A stretch of 64,000 nucleotides of DNA from Candidatus Oxydemutatoraceae bacterium (lineage in GTDB: Bacteria; Pseudomonadota; Gammaproteobacteria; Poriferisulfidales; Oxydemutatoraceae). The notes below the pieces were generated by a model, which was given only the letters and a program-made list of their open reading frames with translations, had not been told where the DNA came from and did no database searches. Within the stretch, counting starts at the first letter, position 1. Each line of letters begins with the position of its first letter. The position numbers and the translations under genes were made by a program. The DNA lies in the NCBI GenBank assembly GCA_965218975.1, contig OZ244717.1, positions 384,001-448,000 on the forward strand. Direction: 5' to 3'. Below, in pieces: positions 1-10,348 of the stretch.

Positions 1-1779
1 AGCCTGCCCGGCCTCGGGGTTTTTTCAGATGAAGCGCACCACACATACGGAAACACCTTTGACAAACTCAAACGCGTGAGGGAAACCATCAACTACATAC
101 ACGAGCAGACTGAAATAGTGGCGGTGATCAACACCACCGGAACGCCTTACTATAAAAAGCAACCCTTAAAGGAGGTGGTTGTCTGGTACGGGCTTGGCGA
201 CGGCATCAAAGATAATATCCTCAAAGGCCTCAATAACGGCATTCATCTATACGATATCGGAGAGCAGCCGGAGGAAGAGGTTTTTAGGGACATCATTCGA
301 GAATTTTGGGAGGGCTACGGAAATGTTTCTCTTCCCAACGGCGCACCGGCAAAGATTGCCTTTTATTTCAAAACGCAACAGCATCTGGTAAGTTCAAAAC
401 AACAAATAGAGAAGGCGATGACGGAAATCGGGCAACCTGTTTCCCATATATTAGTTAATACACAACAATCCGATGCAGCGCAGATCGACGAGTTTAAGCG
501 TCTCAATAATCCCGAAACCCAGAAGCGAGTTATTCTGTTGATCGGCAAAGGGGTTGAAGGTTGGAACTGCCCCAGCCTGTTTTCCTGCGCACTGATAAAG
601 GAGCAGACGAGTAAGAATTACGTTTTGCAAGCATCAACGAGATGTTTGCGGCAGGTTCCGGGCAATAGCCTTCCGGCGAAGATATTTCTAGATTCCGTCA
701 ACGCAACGATTCTAGACAAAGAATTACAAAATAACTTCGGCACCGATCTTGATAGACTTAGCGGGGAAACGGGAGACAAAGAAACCATCACTCTGCGTAT
801 TCTTAAAACAGAACTGCCGAAACTGGAAATCACCCGCACTGTTAAAAGAGCTATAAGAAAAGGGGAAATAAACAGAAATATACGTTTGGAGAAACCGAAG
901 GCGCAAAAACTGCCCGTTGTATTGCGCAGCATTTGCACCCCTGATTTCAGCGGTCCAAAGGAAATATTAATGCCGACAGGACAAACGAAGGAGCTACCGG
1001 CGGGAAGACGTGTTACCGGTTGCCATACTGCCGCTTGGAGAATCGCTTCACGATACCATGTACCGGTTCTACCGATCTTGAAAAAACTCAAAAGCTTTTA
1101 TCCGAAAGGAGTAATGCCGGATAGTCATTTATACGGGCTTTTTCAGCAGGTTGAACGGCAACAAACAAGTTACACAACGGTTGAAGAAAAAGTAACCGAG
1201 GCGATGGCGTTGATCCGAGTTCAGGATGAGAACGGAGAAGGCATCTTTGATAAGGATGAAAAGGGGGTTTTTGTTCACCGTTTGCGGTTGCTTAAAAGGA
1301 CTGTTGAACGTATGGAAGAAGGCGGATTGTTTGCAGAGAGGGAAAATTATGAGGACCAGCACGAGTTGAGTTTTCACTATACCCCCTACAACTTTGACAG
1401 CAAACCGGAACGTTCCCTGTTCCGAAGGATTTTATCCATGTTGAATACAGAACCTTATGACGTGGAAGTGTTTCTGTTCACCGGTGGGCTAACAGACCCG
1501 AAGAAAACTGATTTCCATTTTGAATATCTGGGCGAAGACAAGCGGTATCATCGCTACTTTCCGGATTTTGTGATTGCCAAAAAGACCGGTGAGTTTTATA
1601 TTGTCGAGGTGAAAGAAGATAAGCGCGAGGATAAAACTGTGGAGGCCAAGAAAAAGGCAGTTGAGAAACTGCAGAATTTGCCAACGAACAAGTTCGGATA
1701 CCATATTATCTATGCTTCTACAGCGACGCTAGGCGTGAGAGAAACCACGCCGATTCAGAATTGGATACAAAAAAACTAA
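1..1779 (+). CDS. Type III restriction enzyme Res subunit (5' end outside window); SF2 helicase plus C-terminal PD-(D/E)xK nuclease
   Basis: Frame +1 is open from base 1 (SLPGLGVFSDEAHHTYG, DEAH box); TGTP, EGWNCP and QASTRCLR helicase motifs; C-terminal YFPDF...IVEVK; Mod-type methyltransferase downstream. Confidence 0.85.
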   Translation, partial: SLPGLGVFSDEAHHTYGNTFDKLKRVRETINYIHEQTEIVAVINTTGTPYYKKQPLKEVVVWYGLGDGIKDNILKGLNNGIHLYDIGEQPEEEVFRDIIREFWEGYGNVSLPNGAPAKIAFYFKTQQHLVSSKQQIEKAMTEIGQPVSHILVNTQQSDAAQIDEFKRLNNPETQKRVILLIGKGVEGWNCPSLFSCALIKEQTSKNYVLQASTRCLRQVPGNSLPAKIFLDSVNATILDKELQNNFGTDLDRLSGETGDKETITLRILKTELPKLEITRTVKRAIRKGEINRNIRLEKPKAQKLPVVLRSICTPDFSGPKEILMPTGQTKELPAGRRVTGCHTAAWRIASRYHVPVLPILKKLKSFYPKGVMPDSHLYGLFQQVERQQTSYTTVEEKVTEAMALIRVQDENGEGIFDKDEKGVFVHRLRLLKRTVERMEEGGLFAERENYEDQHELSFHYTPYNFDSKPERSLFRRILSMLNTEPYDVEVFLFTGGLTDPKKTDFHFEYLGEDKRYHRYFPDFVIAKKTGEFYIVEVKEDKREDKTVEAKKKAVEKLQNLPTNKFGYHIIYASTATLGVRETTPIQNWIQKN

Positions 1780-2735
1780 TGGAACGCCACTCATTCTCGC
1801 CCGACAACCGAACAGGCCGGAAAGTTTTCCATGGACTGTATTACCGCAGGCGCATCCTGCTTGCCATTCTGGCGCAAAGAAAGAGGCGCATAGAGAAACT
1901 GCGTTTGCAGAAGCTGCTCTTCCTTTTCACTCAACAGCAAGAAAAGCCGGCATACTATTTTCTTCCTTATAAATATGGAAGCTACTCATTTCAGGCCTCC
2001 GAAGACGCAAGAATACTCGCTTGCCATTACGGTTTGATAATAAATAGCCGGGACGACTCTTATTCCTTGAACAAAAAAAACGTTAAAGAAGAATATTTTG
2101 CACTAAAAGACACGGACCACGATCGGCTGGCACATGTATATAAGCAATACGGACCTCTCTCAACAAAGGAGTTAATTTACCAAGTTTACAAACAGTATCC
2201 GTACTATGCGGTCAGAAGTGAAATAATTGGTGAGCAGCGCTTCAAGGCGTTACATAAGAGCATAAAGAAAGAGCAGCTACAATTCCAAACAAGCAACGGT
2301 CGCCGTTGTCTCTACACAATCGGTTATGAAGGCATAAGCATAGAGCAATATATTTCCCGCCTGATGAGAAACGGCATATCCGCTCTGGTGGATGTCAGAC
2401 GCAACCCCTTCAGCATGAAGTACGGATTTTCCAAAACTCAGTTACGGCGTATCACTAAAAAATTTGACATAGAGTATTACCACATACCTGAGCTCGGGGT
2501 CGAAAGCGACCGTCGCGTGAACTTGACGACCCGCGCCGACTATAATCAACTCTTCAGAATGTATCGTAGATCATTGCGGCAAGAGGAGGAAAGTCTGCAA
2601 TGTATTCAAACTATTTTGCGTGAACATTTGCGTACGGCGCTGACGTGCTTTGAAAAAAAACACGAGTGGTACCATAGAGGAATTTTATCCGAAGCAATTC
2701 ATGCTCAATGCGGTATAACCGTAAAGCACTTTTGA
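1779..2735 (+). CDS. DUF488 family protein with N-terminal SocA/Panacea-like domain
   Basis: ATG overlaps the res stop; LQKLLFLF...PYKYGSYS at N-terminus; LYTIGYEG, LVDVRRNPFS.K.GFSK, LTCFEK...HR DUF488 motifs. Confidence 0.75.
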   Translation: MERHSFSPDNRTGRKVFHGLYYRRRILLAILAQRKRRIEKLRLQKLLFLFTQQQEKPAYYFLPYKYGSYSFQASEDARILACHYGLIINSRDDSYSLNKKNVKEEYFALKDTDHDRLAHVYKQYGPLSTKELIYQVYKQYPYYAVRSEIIGEQRFKALHKSIKKEQLQFQTSNGRRCLYTIGYEGISIEQYISRLMRNGISALVDVRRNPFSMKYGFSKTQLRRITKKFDIEYYHIPELGVESDRRVNLTTRADYNQLFRMYRRSLRQEEESLQCIQTILREHLRTALTCFEKKHEWYHRGILSEAIHAQCGITVKHF

Positions 2736-3061
2736 AAGGCGTGGGAATCCAAAAAATAAAGGCAAAACAGTTTACAGATTTTTCTCATGCGCCTATTCCA
2801 AACCCGGAACGTCAAAAATACCAAGCAAAGAGAGAGAACATTCTGAATAGTCGGAAGCAGGGGTCGCTGATAGATGATGGCCTGAGAGATGCCGAGCTGG
2901 TATCTGCCCCCGACTATCGTTTCTACTATCACTTTGACGATCTAAACGGCAAAAACAGTAAAATGATGATAGCAGATTGGGAAATACAAGCGTTATACAG
3001 AAATTGTTTGCGAGGGAAAAATAAGCAACAAGCGCTTGAGGATGTGCGCAAAAAATACTCT
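2736..3061 (+). pseudogene. Internal/C-terminal fragment of the hypothetical protein that commonly follows DUF488 genes
   Basis: FYYHFDD...KMMIADWEIQALYRNCL...ALEDVRKKY; no convincing start; runs directly into a res duplicate. Confidence 0.5.
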
Positions 3062-3353
3062 GGCGGGCCGACAGACTCGAACAAAACCGATTTCCATTTT
3101 TGAATATCTAGGCGAAGACAAGCAGGATCATCGCTACTTTCCGGATTTTGTGATTGTCAAAAAGACCGGCGAGTTTTATATTGTCGAGGTGAAATCGAAA
3201 GATGAGCGCGGGGATGAAACCGTAGAAGCAAAGAAGAAAGCGGTGGAAAAGTTACAAAATCTACAAGCTGATAAGGTTAAATATAATATCATTTACACAA
3301 AGACGAACACAATAGGGGTTGAGGACATTGACATCAATACGATTGTGGATTAG
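3062..3353 (+). pseudogene. Second, divergent copy of the Res C-terminal nuclease domain
   Basis: DNA aligns with 1483-1680 (TDFHFEYLGEDK..HRYFPDFVI.KKTGEFYIVEVK); extra T in a T-run near 3097-3101; different C-terminal tail. Confidence 0.85.
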
Positions 3354-3368
3354 GTAGGAGTCGGATGA

Positions 3369-4239
3369 ATGCGACCACTTGATGAGTATATCAAATCTCA
3401 CCTGAATGATTACATTAAAGAAATCGGTGAGGCATTGGGAGGGGTTGACACAATGTCAATAGTTAGCCCGATTATTCCCGGTGTTGATCAAAAAGTTAGA
3501 AATGTTATTGATATGAAGCAAGAGAAAAAATCCGCAATCGCTGTGGTTCTACAGACTCCTGGTGGCGTAGTTGAAATTGTTGAAAGGATGGTTGAAGTAA
3601 TCAGAAATTTTTATACTGAAGTAAGTAGTAGTGATAGTACCAGACCGGGCAATGTCTGCCGGAACTGTTTTTACGTTGAGTGCAGACAGAATAATGATGG
3701 ACTATTTTTCTCGATTGGGTCCGATTGACCCACAAATTGTTAAAGACGAAAAACTTGTACCCGCTCTCTCTTACTTGAATCAGTATGAAATTTTGAATAA
3801 AAAAGCTAAACAGGGCCAACTCACCACGGCAGAGTATGCCATGCTTGACAAACTTGATTTGGGTGAATTGTATCGATTTGAGCAAGCCCGCGAACTCTCC
3901 ATAGAACTTCTCAAGAAGTGGCTTTTTACATACAAATTTAAAGATTGGAGAAAGACAGAGAGTAGAAAACAGGCGGTTACAGAAGAAATGAAAGAGGAGC
4001 GTGCCGAAGAGATTGCTCAAAAATTAAATGATACAAACAGATGGCATTCGCACGGACGAGGAATAGATATTTTCACTTTAAGGGAAGAATTAAATTTGAG
4101 AATTGAAGACTATTCGGAAAACAAAAAATTAAGCAAATATATACAGAATTACTATAATCTTCTAATTGATTATTTGGAACGAGAGAGGGTGGGTTCTTTC
4201 GTTCACACGGAGGAATATTTCTCGGAGGGATATTTTTAG
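3369..4239 (+). pseudogene. SDH-family ClpP-fold serine protease, frameshifted near 3621-3634
   Basis: LQTPGG in ORF 3369-3728; AMSAGT, LGPIDPQ, HSHGRGI in ORF 3631-4239; shift lies in an AGT-repeat tract. Confidence 0.8.
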
Positions 4240-4241
4240 AC

Positions 4242-4438
4242 ATGGGGGAAAAATAAATCGACTGGAGAAAATTCCATTTAGTCAGTTGTCCAAAAACAAT
4301 CCGAAAATATCAACATCTGTTGTTACCCAACATCGTGAGTTGGAGGAAAAATTGAAAAACATAGGTGTGCGTAAAAAAGCTCGCTACACGCTTTCTCCCC
4401 CACTTGGCGAGACCATTAATCTATCAAAAATAGTTTGA
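4242..4438 (+). pseudogene. Small hypothetical gene, apparently frameshifted in a G/A homopolymer just after the ATG
   Basis: GGAGG upstream of ATG 4242; the long open frame is one base off the ATG; stop overlaps the mod start. Confidence 0.35.
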
Positions 4439-6156
4439 AGTCTCTAAAAATCACCCCAGTTAAAGGTCGCCCGATGCTACACTGGATCGGTAAGAAGCCG
4501 CTGGATGTTGTCCGCCATTTTCCGGCGCAGTTATGCGAGAGTATCGGCATTGAAAACCCGCCTGTTGAGCCGTCGCACAAGAAATTTATTAAAAGCGATT
4601 ACAACCTGCTCTTTCACGGCGACAACAAAGAAGTTCTTTCCTCTCTTTTGATTGCCGGGTTTCGGGGCAAGATAGATCTGATTTACATTGACCCGCCGTT
4701 TGATTCCGGCGCGGATTATGTCCGCAAGGTGACGTTGCGCGGGCAGTCTGCGAAACTTGCGGGTGAGGGGCATACTTTTATTGAGCAGGTGCAATACGAA
4801 GACATTTGGGCCAATGATAACTATTTGCAGTTTATGTATGAACGACTGATTCTGATGCGCGAGTTGTTGAGTGATAAGGGAAGTATTTATCTGCATTGCG
4901 ATTGGCACAAAAGCCACCATCTGCGGTTTTTATTGGATGAAGTATTTGGTGCGGAAAACTTTATAAATGAGATTGTTTGGTATTACAAAGATGCATCGGG
5001 AATTCTTAAGAAAGGTTTTAGAAAAAAGCACGACGGCATTTTTATTTATTCTAAGAGTACAGATTTTTATTTTGACGTAGATTCTGTTCGTCAGGAGTAT
5101 GGAGATTCAACGAAAAAAGCGGCAGAAACAGGAACATTTTCTTTTGGCAGACCTACAAGGATTAATCCTTTGGGGAAGTATCCCGATGATGTTTGGGAAA
5201 TAGCTATAATTAACAGTCAAGCAAAAGAAAGACTCAATTTCCCCACCCAAAAACCCGAAGCACTTTTAGAGCGTATTATCAAAGCCTCCAGCAACGAAGG
5301 TTCCATCGTCTTGGACTGCTTTTGCGGCAGCGGCACAACCGCCGCAGTCGCCGAAAAGCTGGGACGGCGCTGGATTATGGCGGACTTGAACAAAGGCGCG
5401 ATTCAAACGACCATCAAGCGATTGCAAAGTGTTATCAAAGAAAAGAATGGCGACCTTGCGGAAAAAAACGGACGCGGGTTGATTCATTATCGGGTCAACA
5501 ACTACGATTTCGCAAAGCAGGCCGAACTCAAGAAAATCATCGTCTCTAAATACGGTATTCAAACAGACCACAAGGATTTGTTCTTTGACGGAACGGCCGA
5601 CGGCCGGTTGGCAAAGATTACCGATTTGGACAAGCCGCTGACGCGGTTGGATATTCAGATTATCAAAGACGAAATTGCCGATAACCGGCCGGACGAAACA
5701 CGACACATCATCGTTTTCTGTAATGGTTCCGAGTTGGAATTGATCAAAGAGCTTAACGAAGAAATAAGACCGATCAATAAAATTAGCATCTGCGATATCC
5801 GGCAGGACGGAATGATTACCGATCAGCTGGCGCAAGCGGAGATTAAAATTACGAAAAGAGGCAAAAAGGCGATTATCAAAATTGAAGATTACATCAGCCC
5901 TACGATACTTGCCCGACTGGAGATTGACCGCAGTTTGTTTAATGAGCAGGTCGAAGATTTCCGATCGCAAATAGATTGCGTATTGATTGATACCAATTAC
6001 AACGGCAAGGATTTCAGAATAACGGAAAGCGACTTGCCTGAGAAAAAGACCGGTCTCATCAGAGGGGAATACACACTGAACTTGCCCCGAGCAGGCGTCA
6101 AAGTGGCGGTAAAAATCGTGGATATGCTCGGAGAGGAAGTTTTGGCGATTAAGTAG
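4435..6156 (+). CDS. Type III R-M Mod subunit / beta-class N6-adenine DNA methyltransferase
   Basis: [10 protein letters not shown] catalytic motif precedes FPTQKPE and [13 protein letters not shown]-binding motif; C-terminal [12 protein letters not shown]. Confidence 0.9.
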   Translation: MKSLKITPVKGRPMLHWIGKKPLDVVRHFPAQLCESIGIENPPVEPSHKKFIKSDYNLLFHGDNKEVLSSLLIAGFRGKIDLIYIDPPFDSGADYVRKVTLRGQSAKLAGEGHTFIEQVQYEDIWANDNYLQFMYERLILMRELLSDKGSIYLHCDWHKSHHLRFLLDEVFGAENFINEIVWYYKDASGILKKGFRKKHDGIFIYSKSTDFYFDVDSVRQEYGDSTKKAAETGTFSFGRPTRINPLGKYPDDVWEIAIINSQAKERLNFPTQKPEALLERIIKASSNEGSIVLDCFCGSGTTAAVAEKLGRRWIMADLNKGAIQTTIKRLQSVIKEKNGDLAEKNGRGLIHYRVNNYDFAKQAELKKIIVSKYGIQTDHKDLFFDGTADGRLAKITDLDKPLTRLDIQIIKDEIADNRPDETRHIIVFCNGSELELIKELNEEIRPINKISICDIRQDGMITDQLAQAEIKITKRGKKAIIKIEDYISPTILARLEIDRSLFNEQVEDFRSQIDCVLIDTNYNGKDFRITESDLPEKKTGLIRGEYTLNLPRAGVKVAVKIVDMLGEEVLAIK

Positions 6157-6277
6157 AAGGGTTATATACCTGACTTCGCGTACCGCCGGCGTCGGCGGAT
6201 CTGGCCGCAGGCGATCCGCCATAGAATCAAACGCCTGCGTCGGGTGAATCTCGGTAGCTTTGTGTTCGGTGTGGGGT

Positions 6278-6892
6278 TGTCGGTGGATTGTGCCGGATTG
6301 TCGGCGGATTGTTGGCGGATTGTTGGCAAAGTGCCTGTCGTCCATGACGCGACTTAGTTCTGTCAACAAGCCCCAGCCCCGACGTCCTTGTCGGGTCGTT
6401 CGCCGCTGAAAACCGTTCGGTTTTCCGGGCGCGTCTCACCCTGTCGTCCATGGCGAGACTTGGTTCTGTCAATGAACCCCAGCCCCGACGTCCTTGTCGG
6501 GTCGTTCGCCGCTGAAAACCGTTCGGTTTTCCGGGCGCGTCTCACCCGTTTTGTGTTTGGTAGCAGATTATTGGCAAAGTGCTTGGTGCAGGTTTGTCGG
6601 CGGATTGTGCCGGGTTGTTGGCAAAGTGCCTGTCGTCCATGACGAAACTTAGTTCTGTCAATAAACTCCAGCCCCGACATCCTTGTCGAGTCGTTCGCCG
6701 CTGAAAACCAGTAGGTTTTCCGGGCGCGGCTCACCCAGCCCCGACATCCTTGTCGGGTCGTTCGCCGCTGAAAACCGATCGGTTTTCCGGGCACGTCTCA
6801 CCCGGCAACGGACAGAAAGCACCGATCCGAATGCTACTGCCGCACGCTTCCCCAGAAGCTCTTCAAAAATCCCATTTAGGGTGGCATCGTAC
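6278..6892 (+). repeat. Modular interspersed repeat cluster (modules A, B, four copies of 67-bp hairpin unit C, module D)
   Basis: Unit C = CCCAGCCCCGAC..GTCGGGTCGTTCGCCGCTGAAAACC-NNNN-GGTTTTCCGGGCGCGTCTCACCC near 6372, 6478, 6667, 6734; same modules at 9.2, 21.3, 32.5 and 41.1 kb. Confidence 0.9.
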
Positions 6893-7029
6893 ACGGTGTT
6901 GGCAAGTGTTGTCGTTTAATGTATATTAGCAACCTGCTACAGCACTACGTGTCCGCCCTGTCGGGCGGCCCGTGAATATAAAACCGTTCGAAAATAAGCG
7001 GGAATACTTCTTTACGTAGTGTTTGTAGC

Positions 7030-7058
7030 AATCGCCTGACTCCTTAAGTCAGGCGATT
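7030..7058 (+). promoter_or_regulatory. Perfect 12-bp stem-loop in the leader of the repeat protein gene
   Basis: AATCGCCTGACT-CCTTA-AGTCAGGCGATT, ending 33 nt before ATG 7092. Confidence 0.5.
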
Positions 7059-7091
7059 AAGCAGATTTAATTTAATCTATGGAGAAATATA

Positions 7092-9107
7092 ATGAAACTA
7101 TTAATTCGAACGGCTACTCTTTTAATGGCCTTTGCTTTTATTCTCACCTCGACAACGCAAGCGCAAAACGCCCCGGCGGATCAAGCGGAGTTCGAGAGGC
7201 TGGTTGCAGGTATGCAGATAGAGGCTGCTGTTGGTAGCACCATGACCACACTGCAATTCCCGAATCCAGGGCGTATCCTAGAAATTAGTGAAGAAGGAAA
7301 CTTCCTTGGTAATTATCAGTACACAAATACCGGCGACAATACGGGAATGCTCACTTACACCTACGACGCGAGCGGTAACAATGCGGCTATGGAGCAAACC
7401 GAGGGTACACTCACGTTCACTTCGGCGACAATGGGAACATTCGAGAGTACCTATTTCTATGTCACAGCGAGCGAACCCCGTGTGATGAGCAGTGGCACAT
7501 TTGAAATCGTCGACGCCGAACCTCCAGCTGTGTTTGCCCCACTGGATCAAGCGGAGTTCGAGAGGCTGGTTGCAGGTATGCAGATAGAGGGGATTGATGC
7601 TCGCGGCAGCATGGGCACACTGCAATTCCCGAATCCAGGGCGTATCCTGGAAATTGTGGAAGAAGGAAACTTCTTTGGTGATTATCAGTACACAAATACC
7701 GGCGACAATACGGGAATGCTCACTTACACCTACGACGCGAGCGGTAACAATGCGGCTATGGAGCAAACCGAGGGTACACTCACGTTCACTTCGGCGACAA
7801 TGGGAACATTCGAGAGTACCTATTTCTATGTCACAGCGAGCGAACCCCGTGTGATGAGCAGTGGCACATTTGAAATCGTCGACGCCGAACCTCCAGCTGT
7901 GTTTGCCCCACTGGATCAAGCGGAGTTCGAGAGGCTGGTTGCAGGTATGCAGATAGAGGCTGCTGTTGGTAGCACCATGACCACACTGCGATTCCCGGAC
8001 TCGGGCCGTATCCTAGAAATTAGTGAAGAAGGAAACTTCCTTGGTAATTATCAGTACACAAATACCGGCGACAATACGGGAATGCTCACTTACACCTACG
8101 ACGCGAGCGGTAACAATGCGGCTATGGAGCAAACCGAGGGTACACTCACGTTCACTTCGGCGACAATGGGAACATTCGAGAGTACCTATTTCTATGTCAC
8201 AGCGAGCGAACCCCGTGTGATGAGCAGTGGCACATTTGAAATCGTCGACGCCGAACCTCCAGCTGGGTTCGCCCCGCAGGATCAAGCGGAGTTCGAGAGG
8301 CTGGTTGCAGGTATGCAGATAGAGGGGATTGATGCTCGCGGCAGCATGGGCACACTGCAATTCCCGAATCCAGGGCGTATCCTGGAAATTGAAGAAGAAG
8401 GAATCTTCCTTGGTAATTATCAGTACACAAATACCGGCGGCAATACGGGAATGCTCACTTACACCTACGACGCGACCGGTAACAATGCGGCTATGGAGCA
8501 AACCGAGACTATACTCACGTTCACTTCGGCGACAATGGGAACATTCGAGAGTACCTATTTCTATGTTGAAGCAAGCGAAACCCCCGAGGTGAACACAGGT
8601 ACATTTGAAATCGTTGCTGCTCCGGTCGCCCCGGCGACTCAAGCGGAGTTCGAGAGGCTGGTTACAGGTATGCAGATAGAGGCTGCTGTTGGTAGCACCA
8701 TGACCACACTGCGATTCCCGGACTCGGGCCGTATCCTAGAAATTAGTGAAGAAGGAAACTTCCTTGGTAATTATCAGTACACAAATACTACCGCCGTTTC
8801 CACCAGTGTAGGAAGCCTCACTTACACCTACGACGCGAGCGGTAACGATCCGGCTATGGAGTACGTCACGGTCAACCTCGTGTTCACTTCGGCGACAATG
8901 GGAGCATTCGAGAGTACCTATTTCTATGTTGAAGCAAGCGAACCCCGTGTGATGAGCAGTGGCACATTTGAAATCGTCCCTATTCCTGGTAGCAGCGGTG
9001 GCGGTGGCGGCAGCGGCAGCGCGGGTTTGTGGCTGTTATTGCTACTGCTTGCATCAGTTGTCGGCAATCGCTGTGCTCCTGTCATTTTTCGGACCGGATC
9101 ATCCTAG
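7092..9107 (+). CDS. Secreted surface protein with five ~122-aa tandem repeats and a GlyGly-CTERM-like anchor
   Basis: GGAG RBS; signal peptide (MKLLIRTATLLMAFAFILTSTTQA); units start near 7179, 7545, 7914, 8280, 8637; C-terminal GSSGGGGGSGSAGLWLLLLLL. Confidence 0.85.
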   Translation: MKLLIRTATLLMAFAFILTSTTQAQNAPADQAEFERLVAGMQIEAAVGSTMTTLQFPNPGRILEISEEGNFLGNYQYTNTGDNTGMLTYTYDASGNNAAMEQTEGTLTFTSATMGTFESTYFYVTASEPRVMSSGTFEIVDAEPPAVFAPLDQAEFERLVAGMQIEGIDARGSMGTLQFPNPGRILEIVEEGNFFGDYQYTNTGDNTGMLTYTYDASGNNAAMEQTEGTLTFTSATMGTFESTYFYVTASEPRVMSSGTFEIVDAEPPAVFAPLDQAEFERLVAGMQIEAAVGSTMTTLRFPDSGRILEISEEGNFLGNYQYTNTGDNTGMLTYTYDASGNNAAMEQTEGTLTFTSATMGTFESTYFYVTASEPRVMSSGTFEIVDAEPPAGFAPQDQAEFERLVAGMQIEGIDARGSMGTLQFPNPGRILEIEEEGIFLGNYQYTNTGGNTGMLTYTYDATGNNAAMEQTETILTFTSATMGTFESTYFYVEASETPEVNTGTFEIVAAPVAPATQAEFERLVTGMQIEAAVGSTMTTLRFPDSGRILEISEEGNFLGNYQYTNTTAVSTSVGSLTYTYDASGNDPAMEYVTVNLVFTSATMGAFESTYFYVEASEPRVMSSGTFEIVPIPGSSGGGGGSGSAGLWLLLLLLASVVGNRCAPVIFRTGSS

Positions 9108-9132
9108 AAGGTTGAGATATAGCGCATAAAAT

Positions 9133-9166
9133 CCGTATTGTCGCCTAGAAATAGGCGGCAATACGG
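9133..9166 (+). terminator. Probable intrinsic terminator
   Basis: CCGTATTGTCGCCTA-GAAA-TAGGCGGCAATACGG followed by TTT, 25 nt after the stop. Confidence 0.7.
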
Positions 9167-9231
9167 TTTATCAGTGTATGCTGCTTTAAGAGAGACCTGC
9201 GCAAGTGTTTTTGTGTGGGTCACTCTCGGCC

Positions 9232-9465
9232 GGAGGCAAAGTGCTTAGTCCAGGTTTGTCGGCGGGTTGTGCCGGGTTGTTGGCAAAGTACATGTCGTCC
9301 TTGACGAGACTTGGTGCTGTCAATGAACTCCAGCCCCGACGTCCTTGTCGAGTCGTTCGCCGCTGAAAACCAGTAGGTTTTCCGGGCGCGTCTCACCCAG
9401 CCCCGACGTCCTTGTCGAGTCGTTCGCCGCTGAAAACCAGTAGGTTTTCCGGGCGCGTCTCACCC
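9232..9465 (+). repeat. Modular repeat copy (A, B, two tandem C units)
   Basis: C units with 67-bp period near 9329 and 9396. Confidence 0.9.
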
Positions 9466-9526
9466 TTACAAAATTTTGCGAGTCGGGTATGATTAGCATA
9501 TTGTTAAACTCGTTAGGTGAAATATT

Positions 9527-10294
9527 GTGATTGCCGTTATTTCTCCCGCAAAAACTTTAGACTTTAAAACACCTCCTTCAACCAAGATATATTCGGAACC
9601 GATCTTTTTGGATGATAGCGCCAAGCTGATACGGAGGTTGAAAAAAATGACTGTGGAAGACTTATCCGGTTTGATGGATGTAAGCGAACGAATCGCGCAG
9701 TTGAATTATGCGCGGTATCGATCATGGAACAAGCCTTTCACACCGAATAATGCAAAGCAGGCAATCCTTGCTTTCAAAGGCGACGTTTATGCCGGGCTTG
9801 ATGCTGAAAGTTTCACCAATGCCGATTTCAAGTTTGCGCAAAAACACTTGTGTATCTTGTCGGGCCTTTACGGCATTTTGCGCTCATTGGATTTAATTCA
9901 GCCGTACCGTTTGGAAATGGGAACACGTTTGGATGTCGACGGTAATAGGAATTTGTATCAATTTTGGGACAATCGTGCTACCGATTGGCTGAACGGTCTT
10001 CTGCATGTCGAGAGAAGCCCGGCGCTGATTAATCTTGCTTCCAATGAATACTTCAAATCAATTAAACTTGATAGAATCAACGCAAGAGTTGTGACTCCGG
10101 TGTTTAAGGAGCGTAGGAAAGGAGTATTCAAGGTGATTAGCTTTTCTGCGAAAAAAGCGCGCGGGATGATGAGCCGCTATATCATCAGAAATCGGCTCCG
10201 CAACATTACCGCGATTAAACAATTCTGTGAAGCAGGTTATTGCTATCACAAAAATTTATCCGGTCATGATACATGGGTATTTGCTCGCGGTTAA
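9527..10294 (+). CDS. yaaA: Peroxide stress protein YaaA (UPF0246)
   Basis: ISPAKTLD, FKGDVY, LSGLYG.LR.LDLIQPYRLEMGT, INLASNEY, AKKARG. Confidence 0.95.
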   Translation: MIAVISPAKTLDFKTPPSTKIYSEPIFLDDSAKLIRRLKKMTVEDLSGLMDVSERIAQLNYARYRSWNKPFTPNNAKQAILAFKGDVYAGLDAESFTNADFKFAQKHLCILSGLYGILRSLDLIQPYRLEMGTRLDVDGNRNLYQFWDNRATDWLNGLLHVERSPALINLASNEYFKSIKLDRINARVVTPVFKERRKGVFKVISFSAKKARGMMSRYIIRNRLRNITAIKQFCEAGYCYHKNLSGHDTWVFARG

Positions 10295-10348
10295 TTGATC
10301 GGAGCTTGCTAATTAGCTAATCGTAACTTTTGGGCGTCAAGCACGCAT

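Noticed and set aside
5266-6369. 367-aa minus-strand ORF
   Set aside because: Antisense shadow of the methyltransferase gene with no recognisable motif
6278-6892. Repeat clusters as a CRISPR array
   Set aside because: Units are 67-105 bp, the sequences between them are themselves repeated rather than unique spacers, and no cas genes are in the window
6227-6919. Short ORFs across the repeat clusters (also 32261-33139 and 41132-41359)
   Set aside because: Translations of non-coding repeats in several frames with no conserved start or RBS
6909-6936. dif-like site (TAATGTATATTA core)
   Set aside because: Only the central part resembles dif; the XerC and XerD arms do not match
7092-9107. Diversity-generating retroelement target
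   Set aside because: Differences between repeats are block swaps, not adenine-specific changes, and no reverse transcriptase is present
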